A stretch of 54,599 nt of DNA from Octopus bimaculoides (Eukaryota). The stretch is from contig NC_069004.1 of NCBI RefSeq assembly GCF_001194135.2, forward strand, positions 22,583,883 to 22,638,481. Direction: 5' to 3'. Below are positions 1 through 11,720 of this stretch, in pieces. The translations under genes and the position numbers were made by a program. Position 1 is the stretch's first letter. Each line of letters starts with the position of its first letter. Under the pieces are notes generated by a model that saw only the letters and a list, made by a program, of their open reading frames with translations, did no database searches and was not told the origin of the DNA.

Positions 1-306
1 CCTGTCAAAGGCTTTCTCCATGTCAACGAAAGCCAGGTACAGAGGTTTATCCTTGGCTAGGTATTTCTCTTGCAACTGTCTCACTAGAAATAAGGCATCA
101 GTAGTGCTTTTACCTGGCACGAACCCAAACTGCATCTCATCTAAATTGATTCGCTCCCTAATTAGTTGGGCTATGACCCTCTCTGTAACTTTCATAACCT
201 GATCTAACAGCTTGATGCCTCTGTAATTATTTGTATCTAAAGCGTCCCCTTTACCTTTGTAGCAGTTGACTATGATGCTGCTACACCAGTCATAGGGTAT
301 GACTCC
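1..306 (-). mobile_element. RTE-clade LINE reverse transcriptase fragment (runs off the window edge)
   Basis: Manual minus-strand translation: GVIPYDWCSSIIVNCYKGKGDALDTNNYRGIKLLDQVMKVTERVIAQLIRERINLDEMQFGFVPGKSTTDALFLVRQLQEKYLAKDKPLYLAFVDMEKAFDR, which covers non-LTR RT domains 1-3 (NYRGI, QFGF, FVDxEKAFD). Ends at a (TA)n tract. Confidence 0.92.
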
Positions 307-320
307 TATATATATATATA

Positions 321-540
321 TCATCATCATCATCATTTAAGTCCATTTTTCATGTTGTTATGGACTGAATGATTTAACAGAATCTGGCAAACTACAGGGC
401 TGCACAGAGCGCCAGCGTCAACTTTGGCATGGTTTCTATGACCCAATGCCCTTCCTAATGTCAACTACTTTACAATGTATACAAGGTGCTGCTTTTTATA
501 CCTCTGGCTCATCAAATCTAGTCAAGCTGTGTAACCCGTG
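321..540 (-). mobile_element. Short (CAT)n-tailed RTE 3'-end copy
   Basis: catcatcat-tttaagtcc...ggtttctatg..atgcccttcctaatgtcaactactttac resembles the 3' UTR attached to RTE coding sequence at 53210-53600. Confidence 0.65.
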
Positions 541-558
541 TCAGAATGGAAAATGGGG

Positions 559-601
<43 letters not shown>

Positions 602-981
602 AAATAGTAGCACAACAAGATATCATTTTTTGCTGGAAATAACAGTCAATAACTGTTCAATGCTAGGTAAAGCTTCACTGAATGTATAGAGGCAAAGATG
701 TGTGCAGGCAGCGAATATAAAAAATTTCATCTTACCTCTAGGAAGAACACCAGAGAAATGGATAAGCTAGTACTCGAGTTTTGAACTTTTCAGAATATGT
801 TTGTTATCGTAAAACTGATTGATCCTCGGCAGCTAGGTCTACATTAATGCCTGTATACTTGGTCAATAGCCCCAGCCATAAACAGAACTGAGAACAGTGA
901 AAAAGTTTTATATAAAAAATAGGCATATTATTACAATACAATAATATTATTTTCTGGCAAAATAAAGCATCATAAGAGTAG

Positions 982-1016
<35 letters not shown>

Positions 1017-1026
1017 NNNNNNNNNN

Positions 1027-1062
<36 letters not shown>

Positions 1063-1088
1063 ATCATCATCATATATATATATATATA

Positions 1089-1938
1089 AAGTAAAAGTAG
1101 GAAAAATTATATCATAAAAATCACAGTAGAGATACATCTATAATATAAACAATATTGTATTAATAAATAAAATATATAAAGCATAATTATGATTATTTAA
1201 AAAGGTTTGAGATATCTGATGATCGTTTCGTGAATGTATTACCTTTCCAAATGAAGTCCGAAGTTGATAACCATTATTAGGAAGTCTATCCACTCAGAGA
1301 AAAGGATGAATTTCAGTGTAGTAAATCAAATGATAGAGATGTTATTTAAAATCATATGATAAAGGTGTTGTTTAAAAAGTTATTGGTATAAATTTGGGCT
1401 GAAAGTTTTGAAAAAATAATATAAATCCATAGTAAAATCCTTTGTAAAAATCGTAATGGCTGTGTGTAGATATGTAATCCATAAGTGTCCACACTTATGG
1501 ATTACATACTGAAGAGAAAAGGAATTATGGGACTTTTGTCTACACACAGCCATTACGATTTTTACAAAGGATTTTACTATGAATTTATATTATTTTTTCA
1601 AAACTTTCAGCCCAAATTTATACCAATACACATCTATACCAATAACTTTTTAAACAACACCTTTATCATATGATTTTAAATAACATCTCTATCACTCGGT
1701 TTACTACATTGAAATTCATCCTTTTCTCTGATGAGTGGATGTACTACCTAATAATGATTATCAACTTTGGATTTCATTTTGAAAGGTAGTATATTCATGA
1801 AATGATTGCAAGATCTCTCAAATCTTTTTAAATAATGATGGTTATACTTTATATATTTATTTATTAATATACTATTGTTTATATTATGGATGTATCTCTA
1901 CTGTGGTTTTTAGGATATAACTTTTTCTACTTTTACTC
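1089..1938. repeat. ~850-bp foldback (long inverted repeat, ~400-bp arms)
   Basis: 1089-1470 is the imperfect reverse complement of 1539-1938. A perfect 18-bp stem sits at 1471-1488/1491-1508, followed by an unpaired 30-nt spacer at 1509-1538. Confidence 0.92.
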
Positions 1939-2266
1939 TCTAATTGAATCTTTAAGGTTTTCGACATTTCTCATATCAAGAGCACTTATCTGAAATCCAG
2001 TACACTTCATTCTCAAAGGATATATTTGATTAACTATATATATATATTTATATTTCTGTAACTCTATATTTTGAATGTATTAATATGTTTTAGACAAATC
2101 TTTTTATTAAATCTGTATATGTATACACCAATCCTAGTCTGCCTGAGTTGAACTTCTTCCTTGTATTTTCTGAATTTATCTAGTGTCTCTGGTTTGACTC
2201 AAGCACTTCCATGCTTTCTATGATTTTCTAAAGAAAATTTATAATTATATATATATATTATGTATA

Positions 2267-3055
2267 CAGGGCGCAATGGGTAAATTGTTGCCATTTTACA
2301 TTTATAACTTTGTGCATTGTTTGTTTTTGATTTTGTTGACTACATAGTATGGGCACCATCTATAAGTCTGCCAGAAATTTGGAAATGACATGCTGCACTG
2401 CTTGGCATATATGCCAAAATCTCCAATACAAACATTTCAGATTGTTTGGGTTTCAATCTGAGGACAGTGCAATCTGAGACATGTACTGAGAGTAATAAAA
2501 ATCAAACATCCAGTCAATATGTGATGGCGACATTATGCCTCCATTCATCTTCCCACATGGCCTCAGACTCAATATGAAGGCTTACATCAAATGCCTGGAG
2601 GAGGTAGTGCTGCCCTGGGTGAAGAGGGTGGCTGCTGGAAGACCCTGTGTCTGGCAACAGGACTCTGCACCATGTCACACAAGCAGGAGGACCCAGTCAT
2701 GACTGTCAGACAATTTCTGTGACCACATCACCCCTAACATCTGGTCACCTAACTCCCCAGACTGCAACCTCCTTGATTATTATGCGTGAGGTGTATTTGA
2801 GTAAGAGACCAACAAAACTCCTTGTAACACCAAAGATGAAGTGAAGGCAAAGTTTATGGCAGCATTCACCAACTTAAACAAGGAGGTCGTCTGGTGGCTG
2901 TGGTTGAAGCCAATGGGGATTTTATTGAATAAATTTAGTCTTTAGTATTTCAAGATATTTTATTGTAATTTTGGTAAATATATCTGTTAAAATGAGATGT
3001 TAGTGTTATTTTCACTTTTGTGTAATTTAGACGACAATATATTCACTGAACCCTG
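2267..3055 (+). mobile_element. Internally deleted Tc1/mariner element, maT (DD37D) type
   Basis: Imperfect ~28-bp TIRs (cagggcgcaatgggtaaattgttgcc / gacgacaatatattcactgaaccctg), each flanked by TA. Transposase remnant VWQQDSAPCHTSRRTQS*LSDNFCDHITPNIWSPNSPDCNLLDYY has 37 residues between the second and third D. Confidence 0.88.
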
Positions 3056-3063
3056 TATGTATG

Positions 3064-3102
<39 letters not shown>

Positions 3103-3559
3103 TAATTGTGAAGCCTGTTATCAGTGACTTCACATGTCGTTTCTACCAGTGTGTAATTATATTAACTGTAGATAAGTACTAATTATTAACAAGTTAATTC
3201 ATTTAAAGTGAATAGTATGCTGGCATACTTCATGCAGTAAGCCAACAAGTTTTAATTGATTAAAGTTGTACTCTTAGTGAAAAGAAATTTTAATTAAATT
3301 ATTTGAAAGGCTCCATACTATTCTAACTGAAGTCCCGGTACTGCTAGTGAGTGGGGACTCTTTAAAGGGTCATAGTCACTACAAATGTCATGTTGCAGTG
3401 TTTAATGGTTGTGTTGTAGACTAATGCTTGTCTGTCATGTTTATAGGTAAACGTTAGTAGACAACACATCCATCTTACATGGAATTGTTATATAAAACTT
3501 GCTGATTAATTTTTAAATTTAAATGGTTGCAACTGAGATGCAAATCATCATGCTGTGCC

Positions 3560-3990
3560 AGAAATCTCTGTCCCCTATTAGTTTCGGTAGGTCCTCAGTT
3601 ACATCAGTATAGTTGAGTGGTCTTTGTCCTTTATTAGGGCATGGAAATTTCAAAAATGTAATATCTGATATGGTCTATTGTTCAGCAAGATAGAAGTGGT
3701 CTATGAAACCTACCCTGTGTTGAACAACATTAGTAGAAATAGGTGGAACATGTCCATAAATCTCCCTTTTAGTTTTGTACTCATACCATTAGATATTTTG
3801 AGCTCTTGAGAGAAGTGTTGTGTACATATCATCAAGGAGATTTTGAAGCTTCTTGTTCAGAGTCCAGATTTTGACTGTAGAGAAAAATCCTCTCTAGACA
3901 TGCTCTGAAGAAGACCAGCATTGCTGAGCTTGAAATGCTTAATTTCCAGCTACGAAGTTTGTTACAGGCACCCCACACAGGATTCTGGGT
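3560..3990 (-). mobile_element. Degenerate LINE ORF2 C-terminus (RTE-like)
   Basis: Frameshifted translation WGACNKLRSW...LVFFRACLERIFLY / IWTLNKKLQNLLDDMYTTLLSRAQNI*WYEYKTKREIYGHVPPIS...FPCPNKGQRPLNY fits the post-RT region of RTE-group LINEs. Confidence 0.65.
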
Positions 3991-4364
3991 ATCTGTTATA
4001 CTACTTGAAGGATAATGCTGGAACTAATATTAATAGTACACTTCAATGTTATCTTTAACACAAAGACAATATATGCAAGTCACAAACTTGCTGAAGGAAT
4101 AACAAATACAATAATTGGTCAGAAAGTCACACTCTTAGCTATTGTCACCTGTAAGAAAGCACCTATCTCAATGTACCCATCTGCTATAAAGTGCCAGCAA
4201 TGTTTACTGACAAAATCCCTTCACCTAGAAGATAGGCTAGTGAAAGTCTATAAATGTCACTTAATGTTCATGACCCTGAAAAATCTAAGACAAGCTTTAT
4301 AAATCTCTAAGACAATTCAGTTTTCAATTCAATAAACACATACAGATGCACGCACGCGTGCGTG

Positions 4365-4397
<33 letters not shown>

Positions 4398-4611
4398 ACA
4401 CACACACACACACACACAAGTGGATTGAGATGAAAATTTTCTCAACACGCTGTTTGACTAAATAACTGATAGAATGCAACAGTGAGAATAGAACATTTGG
4501 TTTAATTTACTCATGACAAACATATATAACACACTACACACCTCCAAAATTAGGCTGTAAAAAAACAAGTTTTATAGTTTGTGTATTGTTTTTGCAAAAT
4601 CATAAATCATC

Positions 4612-4800
4612 ATCATCATTTAACATCCTTTTTTCCATACTGGAATGAGTTGGACAGTTTGACAAGACCAGATGAGCCAGAGGGCTCTGCCAGGTTCTAT
4701 GTCTGCTTTGGCTTGGCTTCTACAGCTGGATGCCCTTCCTAATGCCAAACACTTTACAGAGTGTGCCGAGTGCTTTTTGCATGGCACCGACACTGGTGAA
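4612..4800 (-). mobile_element. (CAT)n-tailed RTE 3'-end copy
   Basis: catcatcattta...ctacagctggatgcccttcctaatgccaaacactttacagagtgtg, the same motif as 53210-53350. Confidence 0.7.
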
Positions 4801-5169
4801 GTCATCAATTACCCACAAGATAAGATCCCTCAAATGAGTAGGGTATAGACTGGAGAAAGAAACTATGATAGAGGGAAAGGAGCAGATGTCTTGCTGAAGA
4901 AGTGAATACATGGCTTGTCCACTTGGAAAAGGAAAGAAAGAGAGAGAGAATGAAAGAAATGTGAGGTCTAGGTACAATATGAATACGAGACAGAATAGGA
5001 AGTGCACTGAGTGAAAATAATGTGACAGATGATTAGAGATAGGGAATGAGTCTAACACAGGGGATATCAGTTCAGTGTAGCAGGAGGTGAAGAAAATAGA
5101 TCAGTTGTGGTGGGAAGCTTGACAGAGCCTCAATTCTGCTGGGATGGACGACTCTTCTCAAGCACAGCA

Positions 5170-5650
5170 TAATGTCATTTATTTCAGATTTCTCATCTCC
5201 TCTGAGAGGCTCAACATCTTGAGGTCAGTTTTCACCACTTCATCCTATATCTTCCAGGTCTACCTCTTCTACATGTTCCTTCTTTGTGTAGCAGTTAGTA
5301 CTTCTTTATACATCCATCCACATCACATGACCATACCAGCGCAATCCCCTTTCCCACACACCACATGTGATACTTCTTACACCCAATTATTCTCTTGTAC
5401 ATGCACACTGACATTGCACATCCATCAGAGCATACTTGTTTCACTTCTTTCATGACTTCACATGTCCTCTGCATTAACAGCTCAAGTTTCACACCCATGA
5501 TGCATTGCTGCTTATACACAGACATAATACAACCTGCCTTTCATTCAACAGAGGTAAAATTTCTCTGAACTCTCTCTAGCCAATTTGTATTCTAACAACT
5601 ACACTTTCAGAGCATCCTCCTCCACTGTGAATTAGATCATTTAGATAACA
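5170..5650 (-). mobile_element. Degenerate RTE ORF2 C-terminal fragment
   Basis: Decayed match to the RTE C-terminal region (WMCNVSVH...EKLG...RGRPxKTW...DL), seen more clearly at 37500-37830 and 53400-53600. Confidence 0.6.
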
Positions 5651-6467
5651 GAAACTATATACTACTTCTAGGGAGCCTCCTGGTTGTTATTTCAGAACAT
5701 CTATTTCCCATGTTCTCTTATTATTTATTATCCCTGCACATTTGCCATAGATAAATTCTACAAAACTATAAATATATTTGTTAATTTATTTATTGTCTGT
5801 TTTGCCAAGTTAGCAAGGATTTGGACAAGTTATATGAGACAAAATTCAATGGCCAGAGAGAATTCTGTCTCCAACACTAACCTGTTTTCAAGTAAGGGAT
5901 TTTTTTTGTATTCCAGAGGTTTATGAAAGTGCAAAATGGCTGATGATAATGACAAGTATGAACTTTAAGAAGCAGGGAATATCAATATTCACACACATTC
6001 ATGTATGCACTTACACTCTTATGTGACAGCTTTCCTACTGTTTACATCTACCAAATTCTCTCACATTCTGTTGGGTGGCTCAGGATGATAATAAAAGATA
6101 TCCTAGATGCTGTGAAGGTGAACTTTTTAACCACACAGACATACTTGTACCTGTATAAATGTGCATGCATACAGAGAGAGAATGAGAGCGAGAGAACAGG
6201 TCTCTACCTAATTTTGAAACCAGCACTTGTTATTTGTGATACACAACAATCAGATGCATCAAGTTGGCTGATATCAGCCTTGACCTTAGGACTTTCTAGA
6301 AAGGAAAGAGAAGAGAAGCAGATGCTACCAGCATTCAGGTCTGCTGCTAAATGACTGTTTGGTGATTTTTGCCAGGACTTCTGCAACATGAACTGCCACT
6401 GTCTTTTTTTTTCTTTTTTTAGCTTGGGAAGATTACCTACTTAGAACTGAATAAGGCCTAGAGATAC

Positions 6468-6523
<56 letters not shown>

Positions 6524-7082
6524 ACATTCTCACATCTTAATTGTTCATTAGATGAATTATCCCCCAAAATTTTATTAACTGTTTTGTTATTATGTATCTT
6601 TTGGAAAACATTGCCATTATTTCAATTAATTTTGAAAGTAATGAAGAATTTCGTCAAATAACTTTGTCGTTATTAAGCTGATGTTTGGAACAGATTTTAA
6701 AATGAAATTTTGATGAAAGGTTTTAATTTAGATTACTGTAAATTATAATATTTGTACCATAGAACCAGAGGCAATCTTGTGCAGGTTGGTTAATCATAGT
6801 TACAGAACCAGTTAACTATATTTTTGAATTGTACTTTACACTTTGGTAACTGCTTAATATACAAATATTTACATTTTGATGATTTTAATATTTCTTTTTC
6901 TCTGTATTTGCATAATGTTGAATCAAAATCTGTTATGATCCGATAAACCTTTTTGCATAATTCAACAATTTTCTTTCTTGTCTTTAATTTTTATTTCATC
7001 ATCCTCATCTATCTTTCCACAAGAACTGTTTCATGTTTGACATGATAAAAAATGTGCGTTTATATATATATATATATGTGTG

Positions 7083-7126
<44 letters not shown>

Positions 7127-7164
7127 GATGCACATATGTTATATGTATACATTATATTATATTT

Positions 7165-7420
7165 TACTTGTTTCATTCATTAGAATGTGGTATGTGGTCA
7201 TGCTGGGGTACTACCTTGAAGAATTTAACAAATTAACCCCAGTACTTATTTTTTGTCAAGATTGGTACTTATTCTATTGATCTCTTTTCCCAAACTGCTA
7301 AGTTACAGTGACGTCGCAACTCATTTCTACAGCAATGTGAAATAAAGTGTCTTGCTCAAGAATACAACACACAGCCTGGTCCAGGAATCGAACTCACTAC
7401 CTCATGATTAGAGGCTAAAA
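7165..7420 (-). mobile_element. SINE type A fragments
   Basis: catgctgggg..ctacctt...gtacttattctattgatctctttt.ccaaactgctaagttac matches the type A body at 50013-50411. Confidence 0.7.
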
Positions 7421-7559
7421 AAATAACAATAGACATCTGACATGTATTGGGGTTGATAGTATGTTCGAATAAAGAACTGCAACAATGTCGCTGCTGCTGG
7501 TAACTGGGTAAATATGATAGAGTTGAAAAATATCTAGATACTATAACAGTAATAATAAT

Positions 7560-7755
7560 GATAATGATAATTTCAAATTTTGGCACTAGGCCAGCAAGTA
7601 CAGGGGCGGAGGTGAGTCAATTACATTGACCCCAGTAATCAACTGGCACTTGTTTCATCAACCCTGAAGGATGAAAGGCAAATTTGAACTCAGAACATAA
7701 AGACAAAAGAAATGCCCCTAAGCATTTTGCCTGGCGTGCTTAACAATTCTGCCTA
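7560..7755 (-). mobile_element. SINE type B ((ATT)n-tailed) abutting the Tx1 3' end
   Basis: ttttggcactaggccagc...gaccccag...ccctgaaggatgaaaggc...tttgaactcagaac...taacaattctgcc; same family as the 23.7-26.0 kb array. Confidence 0.8.
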
Positions 7756-7807
7756 TAATAATAATGATAATAATAATAATTAATTCTGGTTTTATTGGCC
7801 ACAAGGG

Positions 7808-8422
7808 CTAACATAAATCAAAAAACATGTAAGGACAAACACAGGACGAAAAGTACAAAGAGTTTTGCGAAAAAGAAAGGTCTGTATAAACATTGAAATA
7901 ACAGCGAAAAAATATAACAAGTAATACTCCCAATAGGGGGAGGCACTTTGAAAGGTTACTCGTGGAAAAACTCATAAAAGCTACGGGAATTGGTCCGTTC
8001 ATACTGGCCATTTTGCTGACATTCAGAATTGGCCCGTTCATACTCGCTATTTTACCGACATTCACCCACCTTTCAATAAATTTGCTACAAGACAGCACTT
8101 CCCTCTCTACTCTCATCTTCCTTTTCAAGTGGAACTTGAAAAAGTTGATGAGGCCTTGGCTAAAGAGGAAAGTGTCTGACTTTATCCCTTTCAAACAGGT
8201 CCACCATACCACCTCTTTCACTACAGCCACTAGACAAAGAAAAATTGCTTTGCCCTCCTGGTTAAAGGAGGTCGGCGGGGCAATCTTCACTATAGATTCA
8301 GCTGATAGCTGGATCTGTCCTACATGCGACAGTAGCTGTTTGACGTAAAGCCACAGGTCAACAATACTTGGGCACTGGACGAGTGTGTGTAGAATGGTTT
8401 CATCATTCTGAGTACACCTCAA
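7808..8422 (-). pseudogene. Tx1 ORF2 C-terminal Cys/His (zf-RVT-like) region and read-through into the 3' UTR
   Basis: RCTQNDETILHTLVQCPSIVDLWLYV: the CxxxxETxxHxxxxC motif typical of L1/Tx1 ORF2. Confidence 0.8.
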
Positions 8423-9254
8423 GCAGGCCCGGCTGACGGCACTTCTGTGCCGGTAGAATTTATCTCGAACAGGCAGCGCCCCTCAGTAGCACTGCCAGGC
8501 GAGGGACCTTTGGAAGTTATCCATGGGCCCCAGCCCGAATGTTCTTCCAAACAGACTTTTTAGCTGATTATAGTCGATGCCTAGAGTTTCCCCGAGAACG
8601 TCGTCACACTTTTCCTCCACTAACCCTCTATAGAATGCTAGAGGGGAACTACTACCAATTGCATTGCTCGCTTGGCGGAGGGCGGTGAGAGCTTGACAGC
8701 ACTCGAGGTGCCAAGCGCCCTTTCTCAGTCTACGTTTGATCCAAGATTGCAGAAAGAGATGAGCTGTGGAAAGTCATGTCTGACGAATAGCGATCACACC
8801 TGCTCGCCGTCCAGAAACACTTGAGATGCTGTAGTATGAGCGCATGTCTGAACATCAGCAACCTTGGCATACCAAGGCCTCCATTCAGCAGCTGTTGACA
8901 GGAGATGGAGTGCCTGACCAGTGGTACCTGACCCTTCCACAGAAAGTCGAAGAGCATGCACACCAGCTTGGCCAACCAGCGGTCGGGACAAGGGACGACG
9001 GTCAATCGGTAGTAGATGACAGATGCGATGTATGCATTCGCCACCTCCGCTCAACCTTTCAGGAACAGCTTCCTCTCAGCCCATTTCTGGGTGAGATTGG
9101 CCATCCTGCTCGTCACTTCATCCCAGTTTTCCTCCACCTGGAGGTACGGATCGAACCAGACCCCGAGCAGTTTAATGGGACTGTCTGTCCAGCACCCTAC
9201 AACGCTGTTGGACAGCATGGACTTGCCCCTCCAGGTGCTCAGTTACAAGCCCAC

Positions 9255-9920
9255 CTACTTTTCTATGTTAATTTTTGCACCTGTCACCACTTCGTACTCA
9301 TTTAGTGTCTTGCCAATCAGGTTGATGTACCTGTGGCTCGATACCATCACGGTGACATCGGCATAGGCAGACACGCTCTTTCCACATCCCAGATCACGTG
9401 GGACACCCTTCAAAGCCTCCAACTTCTGCAGTAATGGCTCGAGAGTCAATACATAGAGGAGGGAGGAGAGAGGGCATTCTTGGCGCACTGAACGTGAGAT
9501 GCTGAACGGCTCTGAAAGGTGACTATTCACCCATATGACCGAGCAGATGCCGCTATACAAAGCAATGGTCCACCCGGGGAAGACCGAACTGAAACCGGCT
9601 GCCTGGAGAACAGCTGACAGGTATCGATGGTCGACCCTATCAAAGGCGTTAGACTGATCTAAATTGATCAAAGCCCCACCCGTGCCAGCTTCGTTACCCA
9701 CCGTCTCTATGATGTAGCACATAAGATGGAGGTTATCGTGGATAGACCTGGTTGGCACAGCGCATGTCTGTGCCTTGCCAATCAGCTTGTCCATGACAAG
9801 CGCCAACCTCTTGGCTAGCACCTTGGCCAAAATCTTCAACTCTGCATTGAGCAGAGTGATGGGCCTAAAGTTCCCTATCACGTACCCCTTGTTTGGGTCC
9901 TTTCTCAGCAATGCCACCAC
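9255..9920 (-). pseudogene. Tx1 ORF2 reverse transcriptase domain, catalytically defective
   Basis: NFRPITLLNAELKILAKVLA...LDQSNAFDRVDH...SVRQECPLSSLLY...SAYADVTV; the YADD motif lacks one Asp. Confidence 0.92.
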
Positions 9921-10531
9921 TCCTCGACAAACAAAAGCAGGAATTCTCCTGTTTTGTTGTCAGTTGCAGTAGACATTCGCCAAGAGGCCTGCAAACAAGT
10001 CTGGCATTGAAGTGTAAAGCTCGTAGGGAAGACCATCCAAACCTGGCGATCTACCTCTCATGCAGCTTTTCATTGCTTCCTCTACTTCTCAGGCAGATAT
10101 CGGTCTTTTACAGCACTCTGCCTCATTGGCCGAGAGTCACGGCAGGCCGTTCAGGTACACACCAAAGTTTGTCCCATTGTTTGTCCCATTGTCTGTCCCA
10201 CTGTTCATCCTGAACAGTCGAGCAAAGTGCTGCCGAAAGACTGCACACATCTGCTTCGGTTCAGAAACCTCTTGCCCGTTCTCGTTCACCAAAGACCGAA
10301 TGGTCACTCTGTTGCCATGCTTTGCCTCTGCCACGCAGGCCCATCGAGCTGCCTTAGTCCCCTCTCCACTTACCAAACGTGCCTTAGCTCTGATAACGCA
10401 GCCTTCGTGTTTGGTGTCAAAGTGTTGGTCGAGGGCCAACCTGGCCGCCAACATGTTGGTTGCAATGTCTGTCCCAAGCGCCTCATCTAGTTTCCTAAGT
10501 AAATCCCACTCTGTTTTCTTACGTTCTACAG

Positions 10532-11271
10532 CTAGAGCCTTACTAAACCTAATTGATTCTGCTCTAATTGCCCCAGAGTAAACCACCAGTTGTTATTGAT
10601 GATTGCCCGCTTAATTAATAAATCAATCTGGTCTCTGTAGGTTTTGCACGCCATTAACAACGCATTTAGCTTCCAGTAACCGGGACCCTGTCTATGGAGC
10701 CTATCTAAGTCGACCATACAGATCACGAATTTGTGGTCCGTGTAGCCGACTATGTGGAATTGTGGACACCCTATGCTGTCCTCATCCACTGGCCTACAGA
10801 AATTTCTATCTAAGTATGAACTAGACGACCCGATGCGATTAGTCCAAGTCCACATTGGCACATTCAGGTTGTCTAGTTGATACCTGTAAGACAGCTGAAA
10901 GCATCTGAGCAGGTTAGTGAAGCTCTTGCACCCACCTCTCCTATCAGATGCTCCCATGCCCACCCGATTGAAACGTTCGTCTAAGACAGCGTTCCAATCT
11001 CCAACTAGCACTAATGTGCGGGATGTGCCCAAGAAAAGCTCCAGATGCTTGAAATAATCCGACTGCCCTGCTCCTGTCAGAGCGTAGGCAGCCAGCAGTC
11101 TGAAAGCACCACCGTCACTACCATCCACGTCCAGGACCACCAACTTACCCTCTGGATCCAGGAAGACTGTCTTCATTTTCAAATCCAGGCCTTTCCAAAA
11201 TAACACTGCAGTACCACCACCACCTGCTCCCGGCCGACATGGAGATAGAAAAATCTCATATCCACCGAAAA

Positions 11272-11272
<1 letters not shown>
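10532..11272 (-). pseudogene. Tx1 ORF2 APE endonuclease domain (N-terminally truncated)
   Basis: GKLVVLDV...FRLLAAYA...LVLVGDWNA...WTWTN...SYLDRNF...YTDHKFV...GPGYWKLN: canonical L1/Tx1 endonuclease motifs (GDxN, LD, DH, WKLN). Confidence 0.92.
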
Positions 11273-11299
<27 letters not shown>

Positions 11300-11315
<16 letters not shown>

Positions 11316-11720
11316 TTCTATCATAGGCGTAAGGTCAGAAATTTAGGGGGTAGAGAACAGATTCCAGTATCTGACTAGTACTCTGTTTTATGAACCCTGA
11401 AAGGATAAAAGGCAAAGTTGATCTCTGCTTGATTTGAACTCAGAATGTAAAGAGCCACAACAAATATCACAAAGTATTTCATTCAGCACTTTAATGATTC
11501 AGCCAATCCCTTACCTTACAGGTGTTTCTAGCATAGGCACAAGGCCTGCAGTTTGGTGTGGTGGGGTTAGTCAATTATACAATTATACTGACTCAGTACT
11601 TGACTGGTACTGTTTTGTATCAATCTGAGGAGGATTGAAGACAAAGTTGAACATAAGATGCTGCAGTTAAATATTGTAAAGTACATTATCTGAGTCTCTT
11701 GCAATTCCACTAATCTAATA
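11300..11720 (-). mobile_element. Two degenerate SINE type B copies abutting the Tx1 5' junction
   Basis: ttctatcataggcgtaaggtcagaaattt...ccctgaaaggataaaaggcaaagttga...tttgaactcagaatg, followed by cataggcacaaggcctgcag...ctcagtacttgactggtac. Confidence 0.75.

Larger units (their letters stand above)
7785..11272 (-). mobile_element. Tx1/L1-clade non-LTR retrotransposon, 5'-truncated inside the endonuclease, flanked by (AAT)n on both sides
   Basis: Colinear APE endonuclease (10532-11272), linker, RT (9255-9920), post-RT region (8730-9044) and C-terminal Cys/His region (7808-8422). AATAAA lies near the 3' end. (AAT)n tracts occur at 7755-7784 and 11273-11315. GC content is higher than the flanks. 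Confidence 0.93.

Noticed and set aside
7962-10581. Plus-strand ORFs of 116-173 aa overlapping the Tx1 element
   Set aside because: Antisense shadows of GC-richer LINE coding sequence.
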